From assembly GCA_044892525.1 (NCBI GenBank), contig CM097885.1, positions 4,838,001-4,902,000 on the forward strand: a stretch of 64,000 bases of DNA. Direction: 5' to 3'. A program made the translations under genes and the position numbers. A model generated the notes under the pieces. It was given only the letters and a program-made list of their open reading frames with translations. It ran no database searches and was not told the DNA's origin. How positions within the stretch are numbered: position 1 is the first letter of the stretch; every line of letters starts with the position of its first letter. Positions 62,079-64,000 of the stretch are shown piece by piece. This DNA is from Schmidtea polychroa. Its lineage: Eukaryota.

Positions 62079-63084
62079 ATTCTTATGAATATTTATCTCT
62101 CCCTTATTATGTGACTAAATTTCCTTTTTTTTTGATTGTCAACGGATCGATTTGGGTGCATAGAAATTATTTGTTTGGCTAATTCATTCCGGGAGATTAT
62201 CAAGGATAATTCTGTGTATTGGGGGAAATTGGGATAAATCCTACAAGGAGAGAGACGACAAGAAATATCGATCACAACTGCTGGAAACGGTTCATTAACT
62301 CCGTTTCAACAAATACTAGAATGAAACCTGACCGTAATCCAATAGAAGGGCAAATATTTAACACTGCTCAGTGTGAGAAATTGTTTTTCTCTGCCTTAGA
62401 TGTGCCAATTGAGCTTGCAATTCTATTTTTATTGTTTTCCATTCCGTCAATTAAAATTTAATATTCAACTTTTGGCATAGTTTTGTTTCCTATCTGATTT
62501 CTGGTAACCGTGCTATTATTATGTGCAAACGCATTTTCAAGTTCCTCATTGTTCTGTCTATGTACCTCACAGTTCGCCACTTACAGAATAATTAATGGAA
62601 TCAAATGAGCCAATTTAACTCAGTATGAATTTGTTAGCGAGTGTCTCGCCTCACTAATCTCCAATATTAACAATTGTAGGTAATAATAACCTTGCAATGA
62701 ATACGACAACATGTTTATTACCCCATAAATTAAACTGATTATAATTTGAGGATGGAATAATTCACAGGAATTTTGCAGAAAAGGGGGGGGGATTTTTTAA
62801 CATTTGATTAGAAGGTAGTTAGGAGCCCACTGCAACAATTACCCCCCCCCCTAGAAAAAAAAATTGTTGCGACTCACATTTTTTGTTGCAACTTTTTATT
62901 ACGCAATTGTTCCACACTATAGTGAGGGGGTCTCGATGGTCCTGGGATTTTCAATACAAAAAAATTTGAAAATTTAAATGGAAATTTTTTTTTTAAGTTA
63001 ATTTTAAATGTAAAATTTTTTAAATACAAATTTCAAAGTTAATTTCAATGAAATATTTTTCAAAGTCAAATGAAAATTTTAATG

Positions 63085-63146
<62 letters not shown>

Positions 63147-64000
63147 TAATAATAATGTAATAATAATAATCATGTAATAATCATGTATTTTTAACTAGGT
63201 GCTAACAAATAAATAAATACTTACAACATGATACCACATACTAACTAAATCTCAATCAACCAAGTACTAACAACCAACTAAATCTTCTTCATTGTATCTT
63301 ATGAAATGCTTTTTAAATTAACTTTTTATATGTCTTCAAAAATATGTTTAATTACAATTAATAGAAAACCTTTTCAAAATGTCTAAATTTAACAAAAATG
63401 TTGATTTTCATCAAAAAATGAATAATTGTCAACTCATCACCACATGGAATTCAAAATAATTTAAATTACAATGAAAGACTAATGAATTCTAATTTACAAA
63501 ACATTCTTCTTTTAATTGATAACTTATTATTGCAAAGTAAAAATCACATTCAATAAATACTTATTGTTGATCAGTTTTATTATATATACTCTGAGTTTAT
63601 CCGACAGGATGTTTTGACCCCCTAAGGGTACTGGTCGTAAGGGTATTAGTCGTAAAGGTACTATTCGTAAAGGTATTAGTCGTAAGTATACTGGTTAATT
63701 AACTTAAAAAATATTTCATAAAAATTTTCATTAAAAATTATCTTAAAAATTATTCCATAAAAATTTCTATTAAAAAATTTTTCATTAAAATTAACTTAAA
63801 AAATTTTACATTTAAAATTAACTTAAAAAAAATTTCCATTTAAATTTTCATTAAGTTTTTTTCAATCTTTTGATAATAAATTTAAAAATCTTAGTTTAAT
63901 TTTACTTTAATTTACTTTAATTTACTCATTTAGCTTTAATTTAAAATTTAAACCATTGTTTTCTTTAATTTAATTTTTTGAACCTTAATTTACTAATTTA

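Overview
Very AT-rich eukaryotic DNA, most likely animal: spliceosomal introns of about 45-50 bp and long (ATT)n microsatellites suggest an invertebrate such as a flatworm, but this is inference. The main feature is a complete-ended Polinton/Maverick (adintovirus-like endogenous virus) at 5024-19543, with ~265-bp TIRs and a perfect ATAAAC target-site duplication, apparently inserted into an LTR. It encodes pPolB, a separate paralog of the pPolB C-terminus, a membrane protein, a fibre-like protein, penton, adenain, two core-type proteins, a packaging ATPase and a PLA2-integrase fusion. Its major capsid gene is broken by an internal deletion and frameshifts, and its right noncoding arm holds three tRNA-like Pol III cassettes. 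A 13.9-kb tandem duplication (10408-24320 to 24318-38187) copies the right two-thirds of the virus plus host DNA and an ABC-F gene, placing that gene between functional-looking viral termini. There are four near-identical intronless ABC-F genes in total. The rest holds a ZnT2-like zinc transporter, the 5' exons of endophilin-A, CstF-77/EF1A and actin pseudogene fragments, and several transposon relics. All protein identifications are by motif recognition only; no database search was run.
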